A DNA stretch of 64,000 nucleotides from Octopus vulgaris (GCA_951406725.2 OX597818.1:73408001-73472000); one strand, 5' to 3'. Positions 1-14,379 are shown, counted from the first letter of the stretch. Translations and numbers: made by a program. The notes: generated from the sequence alone by a model not told the origin.

Positions 1-519
1 ATATATATATATATATGTGTGTGTGTGTGTCTGTCTGTCTGTCTATGTATGTATACATGTGTGTAGGCATCTATACGCGTGTGTGTATATATTTGCAAAT
101 AAATTTAAGAAATATACGCTTCAAGAAGGAAATGATTAAGAAACCGAAATAAATTGAATATTTAACAGTAATCATTATTAAAATTATAAAACAGACTAGA
201 ATAATATTATAAAGATCAGAGTATATTTATTATAGGTTAGAATACAAAAATTAGAAATAAATAACTTTTATATAAAAAATGGAAATGGGTATACAAATAC
301 ACAGACACACTCACACACACATACAAACAAACACACATATACATATTCATATATATATATGTATATATATATGTATATATATAAATTTGCATACATATGT
401 GTGTGATACTAGACAGACAAGGAAGAATGGAATATATATAAATTAAAAAGAAATGTAAAAATGCAAATGTAAAATATTTAAATACGTAAAAAAAAATATT
501 TCAGTCTTACACTAAGTTG

Positions 520-560
<41 letters not shown>

Positions 561-565
<5 letters not shown>

Positions 566-725
566 GAATGGAGTTGAACGACGATTTAACAAAATTCCTT
601 TATTCTCGACATATGTATCGAAGACTGCATATTTCTAATTTCGAAGGAATAAGGGGTGCATTATGCCGCCTTCTCATCAGGAAAGACAAGGAACTTAAGT
701 CAGCATCATGTCAGCATCATGATGA
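561..725 (-). mobile_element. Solo PLE 3'/pseudo-LTR fragment
   Basis: Aligns by eye with 10441-10605, the 3' end of the GIY-YIG PLE; begins in a (TA)n tract. Confidence 0.75.
603..685 (-). ncRNA. Minimal type-I hammerhead ribozyme relic
   Basis: Minus strand CUUUC-CUGAUGA-GAAGGCGGCAU...AUGCAGUCUUC-GAUAC-AUAU-GUC-GAGAA; the GAAA box is mutated to GAUA. Confidence 0.7.
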
Positions 726-815
726 ACAAAAACTTTCTTTATTTCTCTCTCTCCTCTCTCTCATTCTCTCTCTCTCTCTCTCCTCTCTCACTCTCTTTGT
801 ATATATGTATATATG

Positions 816-864
<49 letters not shown>

Positions 865-981
865 TTTATATAATTAGGGTTCAGCAAAAAATGTGCCTTG
901 CCACATACCGAACTTTTGTGTGTATCTGCATGCATCTCTCTCTATCTTTCTCTTCTTGTGTGTGTGTGTGTGTGTGTGTGC

Positions 982-1013
<32 letters not shown>

Positions 1014-1111
1014 CCTTGTTTGTGCATGTGTGTATATAGTATACACTGACACGCAATTATATATACTGTGAAGGTTTTGTTTGTGCAGACGGGGTTATCA
1101 GTTATGGTGTG

Positions 1112-1152
<41 letters not shown>

Positions 1153-1479
1153 GCATATATACATATATAAGTGTGTGTGTGTATCAATTTTCCAGAGGAG
1201 CGTATATGTGATTGATCAGAGTCACGTACATATATATACCTTCTTTAAATGACACACTATAATGATGTTAGAACCGACGATATCTATGTTTAAATAACAT
1301 CTAAGGAAGCGGAGTTTACTTTTCTAACTGACCCCTAACATAATATTAGCTCTCATCCTTGGAGGCATTCTGTCTTTCCTTTTGTTCTTGGGGTCCTCAC
1401 GAAGTATTTACGTGCTAAGAAATACCTAAAACATTTCCATATATCCACTGTTCAACTTTGTGTAGCCCTGTAACTACAT

Positions 1480-1673
1480 TCTTTTCTACTCAAGGCGCAA
1501 CGCCCTAAAGTTTGGGAGAGTGGCAAAGTCGATTAGATTGGCCCCCAGTACGCAACTGATTCTTAACTTATCGACAATGAAAAGATGAAAGGCAAAGTTG
1601 ACCTCAGTCGAATTTGAAATCAGATCGTAAAGACAGACGAAATACTCCTAAGCGTTTCTGCTACCTCGCCGCC
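1480..1673 (-). mobile_element. tRNA-derived SINE, family B (Meta-domain-like body), degenerate
   Basis: Shares the GATGAAAGGCAAAGT(C/T)GACCTC...AATTTGAA body with 30174-30399. Confidence 0.8.
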
Positions 1674-2609
1674 TTCTCTGTAGCTATATTGTTGAAGGGA
1701 CCCTGAGCATTCACACGTTACTCGCACAAAACAAAACGTTCCAGAAAGAGGAAATATTTTGCCTTATTCACGCATGTCCTTCATTCCGTTACATATGCCA
1801 ATATATAAATAGAGCCACATATGCCAGGGACGTCAAATACACTTCTCATTCTTTATATTAATGACATTTCGCTCTTAGGCATAGCTATACATAATACCTA
1901 CGTTAGTTGCACCACAGGCAGGATGAGAACCTTACACGGGCGCTATACTGTGAATACCAAAAATACATACACTTCAATAAGGATAAGAAAAAAAATAGGT
2001 CCCTTTGCAACCTGTTCTTTTGATAAATGGAAGATCTAAAACAAAATTATTTAAAATGTAGATGAGACCGTTTACAGAAATTATTCAATTAGTAATTATA
2101 CAAATTGGAATATAACTGTTAATACTGTAGGCTGTTCGACAGCTAATATTAATTGATTTTAATATTTGGAAAATGCTCAAGTTTCAAATCACAACAAAAG
2201 ATATAATGAAAGTTCTCTTAGGGCAAATTCTTAAAACAAATAATGAACATATCGTAATGTCTACGATGCTTACTGAAGAATTATTTAGTGCGTAAAATAT
2301 TGTTAATTAATATTAAGGTAGTATTGCTTTCAGACTAAATTATAAATGAGCAGTACGCTTATTTCGTTCATTCATTAATGAATAAACTGTATACAAAACA
2401 GAAGAGATAATGCCAAATCACAGATTAAAATAACAATTATCATTTCCAGAAATAATTTGGCAACACTGTGAGGTACCACCAATGCACTTCTTCAAGTACA
2501 TTATGACGTCTCTGGTTCTACTAACGTGTGATGACCCCACGTCATCAAGCATTATCATGAAGCAAGCACGCAAATATAGACTGCATAGATATATAATGGT
2601 ATAAACAGG

Positions 2610-2770
<161 letters not shown>

Positions 2771-3011
2771 GCTGTGAAAGTGAGACAGTGAGAAAGGAAT
2801 ATAAGCAACAACTCATTACCCGGATAGTTGAATTCTGAAAATACAACTTTATATACGTAGCAGTTATTCCAGTTGGTTTACATAAAGAAAACATGAGGTA
2901 GAATATAAAGAAATATAAATGGAGAACCTTAGGTAGTTGTATGAATATACAACTCGTATACACATGAATATGCCAGCAATGACTGTGCATCAGGTTACCG
3001 ATATCCGGCTA

Positions 3012-3214
3012 TTCTTATCCTTGCTTCAGTCATTAGACTGGGGCGATGCTGTTGCACCGCCTTGAAAAATTTTAGTCAAATGAATCGATTCGATAACGTT
3101 TTTTTTTTTCTATCGTTATTTTTAAACATAATCATCTTGACCGAACCGCTAAATTATAGAAACGTAAACACACGAACAACGATTATCAAGAAGCGATGTG
3201 GGACAAACACGCCC

Positions 3215-3273
<59 letters not shown>

Positions 3274-3443
3274 CACACACACCGGACCTTCTTACAGTTT
3301 TCGTCTACCAAATCCACTCAAATATTTTGATCACCCTCAGGCTATAGTAGCAGACATTTGCCCTAGGTTCCACGCAATGGGACTGAACCCGCTGGAGCAG
3401 TATGATTGTGAAGCGAGCTTCTTACGATACAGCCACTCCTATG

Positions 3444-3445
<2 letters not shown>
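3012..3445 (-). mobile_element. tRNA-derived SINE, family A (OK-like, internal microsatellite)
   Basis: Minus-strand head GGCATAGGAGTGGCTG...GGGTTCAGTCCC, internal (CA/TA)n, tail GACTGAAGCAAG; matches 18402-18777. Confidence 0.85.
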
Positions 3446-3491
<46 letters not shown>

Positions 3492-4692
3492 CATGCACAC
3501 CTGTATACATATAATCATATACATAGGCATATATAGAAACAGACATATGTATAGAAATGTAAGTAATATAAAATATATTAAAATATATCTTTCACATAGA
3601 ACATTTTTACCTCGCAGAGAAAGCGATACATTTAGTAGACTGTGTATTATATAATATATGGAGAGTCATTGCTGAATTTCTTTCTCAGCTTTCTGGACAT
3701 AGCTGTCGAGATGTATTACTTGTATTCTCGCAACGCTTATATGCCGTCAGCGCAGCATGTATGTAAATTTAGAGTAACCTTTGATCCCTCTGATATATTA
3801 AACTTACATACATGCATTTTCCTCGCATTAAACAAAATTCGTATTCTCTATTCTATATATCATCAATGGTGTAACTTTTTGCCTGAATTAAAATAAAGCA
3901 ACTGAGGTATACATTCAAGGAGAAAACAGAAAGCCTAATTGATAATCTACGTTTAACAGGAAATCTGGGACAATAAATATCTGCGAGAACATGATATCGT
4001 GAAAAGCATGGCAAGCATTAAAAAAAAGCTCAATGTTAGGAAACACACACACACATTCACTTGAATATTACTTGATTGACCGCCAACTTCCTGATTACAA
4101 AAATGCTCTCAAATTCTAATAAGGTAACATATATACTTATGCACATACAAATATATATAAATACATGCTTACATGTGCACATAGATGCATACGTGCATAA
4201 AAATTACATTCAGAAGTACGTACATAGATACAAATGTGCATATAATTAGGTTGTTGATAATTCTGACAGAAGTAATCGTCTTAATCCCTTTGTCCTTCAT
4301 TGTCCTCTCTATGTTTAACTCCCTGTGGGCAACAAAGAAATAAATATTCCAGTTTTCATAACGTATCATTTATATTTACTTCGAGAAAATAACGTTGCTA
4401 CGTCAGTTCATGCTTTAAAACGTTCTTCCTTTCATGTTATGAAAGAAATATTCTTTAATGGAGTTTTGAAATTGCTAGTTTCGTAATAAAATTCAAAGGT
4501 AATTTGAGTGACTTTGTTACTCATCTCAGGTTACTTATATCAAACCTAGAACGATATGAGTAAACTGGAGGTAATAAAATAATTAGAAGAGTGTTATAAC
4601 TCAAAATAAATCATACTAAAAAAGGGTGGGAAAGATTTCCTGTGTAACAACAGGATTTCTACGATTAGTGAGGCTCACTAAAAATGCACCGT

Positions 4693-4774
4693 TCTTAAGC
4701 GATCATCACTATAAACAATAAATCTAGAATATGTCTTAAGCGATCATCACTATAAACAATAAATCTAGAATATG
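4693..4774. repeat. Perfect 41-bp tandem duplication
   Basis: TCTTAAGCGATCATCACTATAAACAATAAATCTAGAATATG at 4693-4733 and 4734-4774. Confidence 0.95.
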
Positions 4775-5286
4775 AGAAGGGAATATCTTAGAACCTTGAT
4801 TGGCTGAGGAATTTATTGCACTAAATTAATCATGAGAAGATTTTAGCTCATAAAAATATGAAAATTTTAATAAAGAAATTGACAAAACTACGTGATATCA
4901 TAAATGAAATCACTTATAGTCACGTTACTTAGTAAAATATACCTTTATTACTGAGTTCTAGAAGTACACAAATCTTAAAGAACCCACATCACCAATTGTT
5001 CCCTTGTAAATAATGAGCAAATGAGCAACAAGATTCCAAAGCGAAAATTGAGTTATCCACATTTCCTTATTAAAAATTACCGTTGTCACATTCTTTCAAA
5101 CTATAAAAGAAGACAATAAATATATCATCAAAAGGAGAGCGAAGTAATTCGCCGTAAATGCTTACTTGGTACTTGATATAGGGACGATCATGTGTTCATA
5201 TACAAAATACAAACGTACGTAATAAATATATATATGTGCGTGTGTATGTGTGTATAGATAGATAAAAACATGATGCCAAGGATCCA

Positions 5287-5364
5287 GCGGTACATATGTT
5301 TCGGTCCTTTATTAGACAGATTTATAACAATGCATAATGTATGTCTGTGGCCTTCTTCAGCCGC
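5287..5364 (-). ncRNA. Type-I hammerhead ribozyme with intact core, PLE-type
   Basis: Minus strand GCGG-CUGAAGA-A-GGCC ACAGA...UCUGU...GGACC-GAAAC-AUAU-GUA-CCGC; predicted cleavage between 5291 and 5290. Confidence 0.75.
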
Positions 5365-6789
5365 GCACAACAGCTTCCACAAGGACATGTGTTACATAAA
5401 AAATTCTTAGTTGGGGATGCATTCGCGTACGACATAATGCGGCAACAGCATAGAATTGAAGCGTCCATCTCTTTCTTCTCTCAATGTAGAATGAGGAAAT
5501 TTAGATGTTGAAGTAATGTAAATAAATTAATAAATAAATACATATATAGACGTGAAGGAACCGGGTAATAAGAGTAAATAGGGGTAAAGATGGAGGGGCG
5601 AGAATTCAGAACGAAGGATAAAAAATATATAAAAAGTGTAAGTATAGAAAAATATAAAAATGTAGAGTATAAAGATATAAAGAGATATAAGGAGATATAA
5701 AGGGGATATAAAGAATATAAAAAAATATAAATGAATATAAAGGTATAAAGTTATAAAGTAAAAATAGAAATAGAAATAAAAGTAAAAAAATAAAAATAGG
5801 AATAAAAATGATAAAAAATGTAAAAAAATATAAGGATAAGGGATGTATAGTGGTTACGGACCAAACATGGTGGTCAGGAAAATGACAAAATTTAGTTGTA
5901 GAAGTTTTGGGTGTCAATAAATCAACAGGGGCGTCTGGGGACCTAGTGTATTGTAAATCAGAGCTGTTGAGCAGCTTAATCTAGTTCCTTGAATTAAGTG
6001 GTCATCTTGTACATACATACCAGCATGGATACATACACCCATATACACGCGCACATATACGCGCGCATACACAGCTCCAAGCATATAAGCATACATACGT
6101 ACTCACGTGTAAACATGTACAGAAACACATATACACCCACACACATGCGCATACATACATACAACAGAATATGCGTATATATACATGGACATTATACGTG
6201 TACATATATATATATATATAAATACATATATACACACACACGCACATACACATATACATATACACATACACATATGCATACATATATGCACATGTATACC
6301 TATACATACATGCGCATATGCACACACCCATATATACATACGTACGTCCATCCTTACATACACATACACAGATGCCCACACGTACAGGTTTAGATATAAG
6401 ATATTAAAAGATGTATATAAGAACGCATGTAAAGAATCACGCACTCACGTCTACACGTGCACGCACACACGGCTGTGTGTCCATATGTGCGTGTACATAT
6501 ACACTTACATACACACACAGAGACATACGCGCGTATAGGTATAGCTATAAGATATTAAAAGATGTATACAAATATGTGTAAACATATGCATATAAGAAAT
6601 CTGCGAAAACACGTAAAAAAATGTAAAAAAACATGTAAGAAATTTTAAAAAATTATTAAAGAAAATTATTAAAGAAGAGTAACGGGATATGCACATCCAG
6701 ACGTAGATGTTTACTCGTACATATGTACACATATGTATACGTATACATACGTACACGGACGCACGTGTAATCATAAAGCGGATCCATAG

Positions 6790-7035
6790 ATAAGTACACT
6801 CATGATCATCAGATCGTGCATTCGATTCCCTGATTGGGCGGCGCGTTGTGTTCTTGATCAAAACAATTCATTTCACGTTACTCTACTCTACCCTTTTGAT
6901 CAGCGGGGAACGTTGGCCTGGTCGCCCAGCCAGCGAAGTTGTGTCATTTGAAGGCTAAGACAATGCAAAAATGCATTGTGACCTGCGATATTTAACAATA
7001 TCTGATAACCTGGTCGGTCACGTGATCATGAGATA
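6790..7035 (+). mobile_element. Degenerate tRNA-derived SINE with family C1 tail
   Basis: B-box-like TTCGATTCC near 6821; tail TTGGCCTG...GAAGGCTAA...CTGGTCGGTCACGTGATC shared with 33147-33430 and 34648-34766. Confidence 0.75.
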
Positions 7036-7080
7036 TATGTGATATATATTTAAGTATATATAAATATATATGCATATAAA

Positions 7081-7113
<33 letters not shown>

Positions 7114-7139
7114 CATACATACATACATGTAATAAACAT

Positions 7140-7290
7140 GTGTGCGTCTCTTTGAGTTTGTTATTATCCACGTATTCGCTTGACAGACGCGTTAGTTTGT
7201 TTATTTAACATTCGGCAAAAAAGACCGACCAAATAAATTCTAGATTTAAAAAACGAAAAAAAAAAAATATTTACTGCAGTCGATTTGGTC
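7140..7290 (+). mobile_element. SINE family A 3' part, degenerate
   Basis: TCGCTTGACA...TTCGGCAAAAAAGACCGA...GTCGATTTGGTC similar to the family A tail. Confidence 0.55.
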
Positions 7291-7774
7291 AAGTATCGCG
7301 GCAGGAACTTTGCCGTAACTTACTGTAATAAACTGTTGAAATCCATCTCTTTCTTTAGTTATCTTGACATAATGATATTGGCATATTCGTGTCGAATAAT
7401 TTCTGCTTCATATTTATTAAAAATTCATGATATTCATTCTGCAATGTTTGTTCACTATTCTATTATATTTAGTTTTTAAACATCAATCTGGCTAAGTAAA
7501 TCAACGCTAATATCACGATGCGTTAAGATATGTAGCACATAATATCATATTTACATGCGCCCGCCTACCGGTTGTGAACAATGAATATACCATTAGTGAT
7601 GCGAACAGGAACATAGATTTTAAAATATAAGTATGTATTTACTATTATTAATAATCGGCAGGAATTACTGTGGCGGGTGGACCGAAAGTTTTTGATTAGT
7701 ACCAATGCTGGAAACTTTCAGAACTTGGGTCACACCGTAACTTCTGCCGAGTATTAATAATCCCTTCAATTATT

Positions 7775-7929
7775 ACATCGATCACAGTACATGACAGATA
7801 CTTATTTCAATGACCCAGAAAGAATCAAATGCAAAGTCTAGCTCGGAGTAATTTGAACTCAAAACGTAAAGACATATGAAAGGCCGCTAAGTATTTTCTC
7901 CGACATACTAACGATTCTGCCAGCTCGCC
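7775..7929 (-). mobile_element. SINE family B, degenerate
   Basis: Head GGCGAGCTGGCAGAATCGTTAG and B box GAGTTCAAAT on the minus strand. Confidence 0.8.
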
Positions 7930-8399
7930 GACTTACTACAAATTATTCATGATATTCTGCTGTTTTAGCTACGAAGATGACTGGGCTGATTCGAGATTTT
8001 TTTCTTTTCTTTTATGAGTTCGGGTTCATTTAAAACTCAACCAGAAATAAATCTAATAATTATCGGGCTTTGATATCATTAGTAAACTTTCGGAAGAACT
8101 TATCTAGTTCATTCTCATATCATCTTATATACAATTGGGATTTTAAAGATTTTCATGAATTTAAATATTCACTATTTTTCATGGTCTGCTGGAAATGAGC
8201 AATTTCATTTAAACTACATTCCTTAATTAGAAGTGTTATGAAATTGCATCTGCTCCAGCACAATATAAAAATTACATGGTTTTATAAGTTTTATATATTA
8301 ATGGTTTATATCTATTGCTGTTTTACTGTTTCTAAAATTTTGCGCTCTCCTTTATAACTCACTTGATATGGCAGCATAAGTTCATTTCGTAGTTTACGA

Positions 8400-9000
8400 G
8401 GAACATATATACAAATTATTTCCCCAAACGATTTAAGACATTTGTTCTTTATCTTACGTTGATACTTCTATTCTGGAGAAATGGATATTAGCTTCATTCG
8501 TATTTGACTCTTTGATGCATACAGTTTCCATTATTAATGCAAATTTGTTAAGTGTAGAGTAAAATGGTGTTTTGCGCCGGTTCACTTGCTGATGACATTC
8601 ACGGTTGGTAAGGTGAGAATTCTGAGTACACGATATACTCAGGTTGAATCATCAAACATGCTCATCCTTGATGCCGAAAGCTATTAGATTTATGAAAATA
8701 CATTCTGTGCAATTCGAAAATACTCTACTTTTTAAAAAACTCAGTATTTGATATATATTAAATATTTCGTTGATTATTTCTAAAAGAAATACAGAAAAAC
8801 GTCCCAAATATTTCCCCAAAAAGAGGAAGCAACTTATCACATTTATATATTTTATATGTGAAGTAGTGGAACGTTGATCTATGTATCTTCTGTTTAATGC
8901 CTTTCTCATCAATCTTAATTCTGAAATTATTTTAGCGATTGGCACGCAAAATAGGTGTTCTTTAGAAATTAAATGAAGTAATTTGCTGGTCACAATGTAC
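8400..9000 (-). pseudogene. Decayed hAT-like transposase C-terminus
   Basis: Fragmentary minus-strand translations IAKIISELRL and VYRVLRILTLPTV resemble hAT dimerisation-domain motifs; many stops. Confidence 0.35.
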
Positions 9001-9383
9001 GGCTATAGAATCAAAATGTTACAAGATTGACCATTTCATCTGCTATTATCTATTGATGATTATGACAACAGAATTTATGGTTACTGCTAGGATAATTTAT
9101 GATACATCTACGATCATCCACACTGACATAGGTGACCAGAAGACTATAAAATTATGTTTTGTATATATATTATCATAAATGTGACCTAAATTTTATCTTC
9201 GATTTAACATACAAAGAAATGATTTCAGGAGAGGCTGTTTCTACACGATGTTATCGAAAACGAAACTGATAAGCAATGAAGCTGAAAAGTAGACAATACT
9301 GAATATCGAAATCCAGACTGCCCGCATATACGAACATAACAACATAACAACATAAATCTCTACAACACTGAATCTTACGAAAT

Positions 9384-9767
9384 GGAATGGAAGCACTCCG
9401 TCGGTTACGACGACGAGGGTTCCGGTTGATCCGATCAACGGAACAGCCTGCTCGTGAAATTAACGTGTAAGTGGCTGAGCACTCCACAGACACGTGTACC
9501 CTTAACGTAGTTCTCGGGGATATTCAGCGTGACACAGAGTGACAAGGCCGGCCCTTTGAAATACAGGTACAACAGAAACAGGAAGTAAGAGTGAGAGAAA
9601 GTTTGGTGAAAGAGTACAGCAGGGATCACCACCATCCCCTGCCGGAGCCTCGTGGAACTTTTAGATGTTTCCGCTCAACAAACACTCACAACGCCCGGTC
9701 TGGGAATCGAAACCGCGATCCTATGACCGCGAGTCCGCTGCCCTAACCACTGGGCCATTGCGCCTCC
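9384..9767 (-). mobile_element. Full-length tRNA-derived SINE, family C2 (OR-like)
   Basis: Head GGAGGCGCAATGGCCCAGTGGTTAG (A box)...GGTTTCGATTCCC (B box); candidate TSD TACGAAAT at 9376-9383 and 9770-9777. Confidence 0.9.
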
Positions 9768-10384
9768 ACTACGAAATATAGCATAACTAAATCCATAACA
9801 CAAGGCTGCCATTTTGCATTTCTGTGAAAACTATAGTTAGTATAGAAGAAGATTAACGAGAGGGAGAGAGGTGAGCAAAACGGTGTCAATAGATGGATGA
9901 GGGTCCGAGGAACAATTGCTGTCATAGCTAAAGAAATGTGATGGAAAAGAGACAACAAATCTGTGGGTCAGAGACTGGAGTGAGCTTTTAAGCGATTCCA
10001 TGTGAATCACCTAGTCGAGTAACCCATCTCTGGATGTAATCTCAACTATTTGTGCCCTTAAGACTGGCACAATCACAGGTTAGGCAGCAGTATTACATTG
10101 TTTCAGAAGATAAAAGCATAATATATAAACCCTAATTATTTTAACATAAGTCTGTCCGACTTCTCTAGAACAATTGTTTAAATTCAAGCCACGTAAATTT
10201 TGCATGATCACTTTTTATGTACATTCGGTAATGGGGGTCTCTCTCTCTCTCCCTCTCTCTTTCTCTCTCTCACACACATACTCGCACACTCACACATACA
10301 GAAGTATATGTGTGTATTATATATGTATAAGTATATATACACAGATATACATGCATTATACACATACACACATGTATATATACG

Positions 10385-10421
<37 letters not shown>

Positions 10422-10477
10422 ATGTATGTATAAGTAAATAAATGGAGTTGAACGAAGATGTAATTAAAATTATTTTA

Positions 10478-10560
10478 CTTTCGACATATGTTACAAAGAC
10501 AACATTGATTTTATTCCAAAGAAATAAACGGTGTAAAATGCAATCTTCTCATCGGGAAAG
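10478..10560 (-). ncRNA. Hammerhead ribozyme relic in the PLE pLTR
   Basis: CUUUC-CCGAUGA-GAAGAUUGCAU...GUCUUU-GUAAC-AUAU-GUC-GAAAG; perfect stem I, two core substitutions. Confidence 0.7.
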
Positions 10561-10861
10561 AAAGAGAGCCTATCTCAACAAGTCATTATAACAATTATGA
10601 TGACTGCCTAAATGATAAACAGAACGTTATTAAATATTTGAAAAATCGTTAGTAGATTTGACGTCAAAGGCAGATACTAGGAAGAGAAGGGTTAAAGAAA
10701 TAATAAGTAGAGAACTAATAAAGAGGGATACGTTGGTTGAAAAAATGTTCAAAGTCTTAGAAGTAGATTTCTCTATTGAAGTAAAGTGCAAGTTAAACTA
10801 ACTGTTCAAACTATAAAGACTGGCGAAATCACTTATATGAGTTAAAGGTATGTTTCAGTCA

Positions 10862-11686
<825 letters not shown>

Positions 11687-12312
11687 TTAATTTGTTTTCC
11701 AAACGGAATTACAAACCATATATTTTCCTAGTGACATTTAAATTGTAAGTGGTATTATCTTTAAAGGAATGTGAAAATTCTCTAGAGTGAAAATTTGAGC
11801 TTAAATAACGCTTGCCTATGTATGTATGAATGTATGTATGTATGTATGTATGTATGTATGTATGTATGTATGTATGTATGTATATATGTATGTATGTATG
11901 TATGCATGTATGTATGTATGTATACATAGACACATAAACGACAAAAGAGATTGAGAGGAATGAGCGATACTTCCGGTAAGCTTTCCAGCTGCTAAAAGTG
12001 CTGCTGAATATTACCCAAGCAATCAGTTAGGAAAAATTGCTCATCGATGAACAGCATGGTTTAATACTACTGCTATCCAGTCTAATCCAAACTAATAACG
12101 AAAGAAAATTCCCTCTTCATACAATGCCATATTCATACACCCTAAAGAGAACACACTAATAATGCATAAATCGCTGCATATAAATATGCAACAATTTGCT
12201 ATTAATACGATCGAAACACGTGTCGGACAATTATTATAAATATAGTAACTGTAAATAATATAAAATTTGAATGTTCAAATTCTTCATTCTCTTTATTATC
12301 TATATATATATA

Positions 12313-13250
12313 CAGTACCGTTCAAAAGTCTCCGGCCACTTTAATCTATTGTAAATTTCTACTAATTGCCAACTTTTAATTGGATGTTTCGCATTGCGTT
12401 TTTTACAGATGAAACTTTGTCTCTGTTGGGGTCATTTCCATACCTAATCATTATATTTTGTATTAGCGATTCCGAATGAGGAGGGATGATGCGAGACAAC
12501 CCCTAAAACTGGCTATGCAAAATTTTACAGCCACCTCACATAAACCAATAGAAAATATCTATGATGAAAATGTATTACATACTGTTCATTTCAAGAAGTT
12601 GTACATTGTTCATATTTCGTGTGGCTTCCCTTAGCTTGAATAAGTGCTTCAGTGCGCATGAGGAGAGATGCGTACAAATCTTTCACCATCTTCACAGGTA
12701 TTAGTTGCCATTCTCTGTGGCTGATCTCCCACAACTCTTCAAGATTGCCTGAATATTTCTGACGAACTCTTCTTTTTAGTTCTGTCCACATTTGCTCGGT
12801 GATATTGAATTCAGGGCTAGGAACTGACAAGTCTTTCAAGACAGTAACACCTTCATCAGCCAACACGTTACGTTGCATGGAGCTCCGTCATGCTGAAAAA
12901 TCTTACCTTCATCCAAGTCTGGTATCAAATTATCCTTCACCAACTGGATGTAATTGGCATTAGTCAAGTTCAGTTTCATTCCGCTTCGTTATTTGTTGAT
13001 TTACTTGAAATCTGAGATACGTTTGCCTTTAGAAAATTTCTGTACAGTGAACAGAGTAAAAGCTACTTCTTAATGCAGCCTTATAAACCATGATATGGTG
13101 AATTTTCTTAAAAAAGCTGTCAATTCTATAATGTGCAAGATCGCTATCAGTTTCTCCTGTGAATGAGGCTACCTTCTCAATATTATTTAAACACAATCAA
13201 AATAGAACTTTCCATTATAACTACTTCTTCATGTAATGGCGACCAAATAC
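12313..13250 (-). mobile_element. Tc1-family transposon relic with internal deletion
   Basis: TA|CAGTACCGTTCAAAAGT terminus at 12313; IFQHDGAPC and SPEFNITEQMWTELKRRV...LIQAKGSHTKY typical of the DD34E C-terminus; second TIR not found. Confidence 0.8.
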
Positions 13251-13540
13251 ACAAGTCACAATTTTACATTAAATTTCTCTCCATTTTCTAAACGTAACAC
13301 GCACGAAAACCCATACACGCATACATACACACACAGGCACGCTGAAGCATGAATACTCATGCGCGCACGCACACACACATACGCACGCACACATACATAC
13401 ACACAATTGTTACTTAACGAGCTATGTTAGGGTAATGGGGCCGTATTTTTATGTATCCTTTTGAATTAAAAAATATAGGCATGTGTAGTTACAAATACAG
13501 AATATATTTTATATGCTTTTCCCAAAAAACTGATGAATGC

Positions 13541-13576
<36 letters not shown>

Positions 13577-13589
13577 GAGGGGGATATAT

Positions 13590-13633
<44 letters not shown>

Positions 13634-13919
13634 CTGTGTCTACTTCGTTTCAATATATTTTTTGTTGTTGTTGCACATAAATTCTCCTCTCAATATATAG
13701 TTCGGTTTATTTCTCGCCCGATCACACTAAAACAAACATAAATAAATACTGTTTTATGTTAAGTGTTCATTAAACTAATGGCCATAGTTGAATACTTTAA
13801 CTTTCTGTTTGTTTGTCGTAAATTGATACTATGTGATATCTCGCTTCATACGTACGTCTGTGAATGGAATATTTGTAATTTTTATAAATCACCTGAAGTT
13901 TTACAGTGATATACATTGA

Positions 13920-14100
13920 TCTCAAATTTTGGCCTAACGGAGGAGAGGAGCTAAGTCGATTATATCGATCCTAGCTCTCAATTAGTTCTTATTTTATTGA
14001 CACCAAAAGCAAAGTTAACCTTGGCGGAATGTGACTTGAGAACGTAAAGATGGACGGAATGCATCTAAGCATTTTCTCCGCAGTTTCTGACTTATCTGCC
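13920..14100 (-). mobile_element. SINE family B, degenerate
   Basis: AAGTCGATTATATCGA...AAAGTTAACCTTGGCGGAAT...GAGAACGTAAAGA. Confidence 0.65.
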
Positions 14101-14379
14101 AGATCAAAACTTTCCTACAGTGAAAAATATTAATATTTTCTTTGAGTGGATTTAAGTCATTTCTTAATCTTTCTTTACGCTGACATTATGTAACATTCTA
14201 ACTCCTCATAATATAGGTTCCCTTTGGTTTCATAAATGTAACCCATTCGCAATAGCTGGCAATAGCACAAATCATACTACAATACCCACCACACACATGC
14301 CAAATTTAAGGGAGTGAATAAGTAAATGTAAGCGACAATGCTTCAAACGAACTACAGCTCTCTTATTAAGCTATATAAG

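Larger units (their letters stand above)
1..1185. repeat. Compound microsatellite field, (TA)n/(TG)n/(CA)n/(TC)n
   Basis: Directly visible dinucleotide runs; these produce the [12 protein letters not shown] ORFs in the track. Confidence 0.95.

Noticed and set aside
517-1156. [12 protein letters not shown] ORFs here and throughout the window
   Set aside because: They are translations of dinucleotide microsatellites with no coding signal.
9700-9767. tRNA genes at SINE heads
   Set aside because: No complete acceptor stem; they continue into SINE bodies.
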